Shown here in pieces: positions 62,984-64,000 of a stretch of DNA of 64,000 nucleotides (positions are counted from its first letter, which is position 1; each line of letters starts with the position of its first letter). This DNA is from Pocillopora damicornis (Eukaryota), in contig NW_020846873.1 of NCBI RefSeq assembly GCF_003704095.1, forward strand, positions 62,001 through 126,000, given 5' to 3'. Position numbers and translations under genes: made by a program. The notes under the pieces were generated by a model, which was not told the DNA's origin, did no database searches, and saw only the letters and a program-made list of their open reading frames with translations.

Positions 62984-64000
62984 TATTTGATATGCAGCTC
63001 TGGGTAGTGTTGGTTATACTATCACATATGTAGTGTTGGTTAAAATGAAATTCATCCTGGTTGATTCGCTTTTAATCTCCGCTTTGGTATAAGTGCACCA
63101 GGTACCATAACGTCAGACTGCAAAACCCACTAAACCCTGTCATACTTGCTGTTCATTTCATGTCGCCGTCACCAGTGGCTCAAAGATTTCCAGGACTTCC
63201 ATGGTTTGTGACAGGCTGATGACTTTTTCCATTCAGTTCAGTAGCCATAGCTAACACTAATGAATCAATCAACTGGTGATAATTGATCAGGCACCAGCTT
63301 TACACAGACAATTACAGTGCCCTAAGGAACTGGAAACAGAACATTCTTTGTGAAGCCGAAAAAATTTAATGTGGATAAAAACCTTTCATGATTATACTTG
63401 CAAATTATTTGGGCCAGCCTCTAGATCCACAAATTTTTGTTCTAGGATCTTAGTGTTAGGTTTTTAAATCTTATGATGATATAAATATTTTTACACTGCT
63501 TATTGTGTACAAAAAATGTTAAACAATTTATGTCATAAATGATCACAGATTCGCTCACAAAACATTCTCAAGGTTTGATAACAATTCAGTTACTCTCTAT
63601 GAAGTTATTTTGTTTAAGTAGGCCCAAACTGGGAATCTTTAGTTTATTTTCCATTGTACCAGTTTTCCATTTTACAGTCTTTTTGATGAAAAACTGTGCA
63701 AACCCCCCTGTGGGAGGTTTTGGGCTAAACTTAATCTTATGACTCGCAAGACCAGATTGTTAATTCTCACCTCTAGCTGCTACATATTTCTTTCTGAATT
63801 AGTTCATAGAACTTGGTGTTGGATCAAGACAATAACTTCAACCTGATAAGTTTGAGAATTCTCATTACTTTTTTCTGGATAATGTATGGATATGATAAGG
63901 AGAAGTTACTTCTGGGAATTAAAGGGTTAAAGTTGTAGCAAAGTTGGCTGTGGGCGCTATATATATGGTCCAGGGTATCCAAGGTAACCCTCCAACTGAG

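Overview
Intron-rich, AT-rich eukaryotic (animal) genomic DNA; gene style, the single-exon orphan GPCR and the repeat families suggest an anthozoan, probably a stony coral (inference). Eight recognisable genes were spliced by hand: WDR77 (+), a rhodopsin-class GPCR (-), MRPL21 (-), a lysosomal/gastric-type acid lipase (+), CCT2 (-), RAB21 (+), GRWD1 (-) and ABT1 (+), including three head-to-head pairs. The apparently empty 25-32 kb region hides a spliced candidate gene for a 136-aa secreted or membrane-anchored precursor. It carries a dibasic-flanked six-cysteine peptide (C-x2-CC-x4-C-x7-C-x2-C) that I cannot assign to a known family, and has a second phase-compatible signal-like exon upstream. 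Introns carry many MITEs, SINE remnants and several Penelope-like retroelement pieces. These include a perfect 60-bp palindrome built from two minimal hammerhead ribozyme cores and flanked by a 12-bp direct repeat in a CCT2 intron. Coordinates were counted by eye and splice boundaries may be off by a few bases; no database searches were run.
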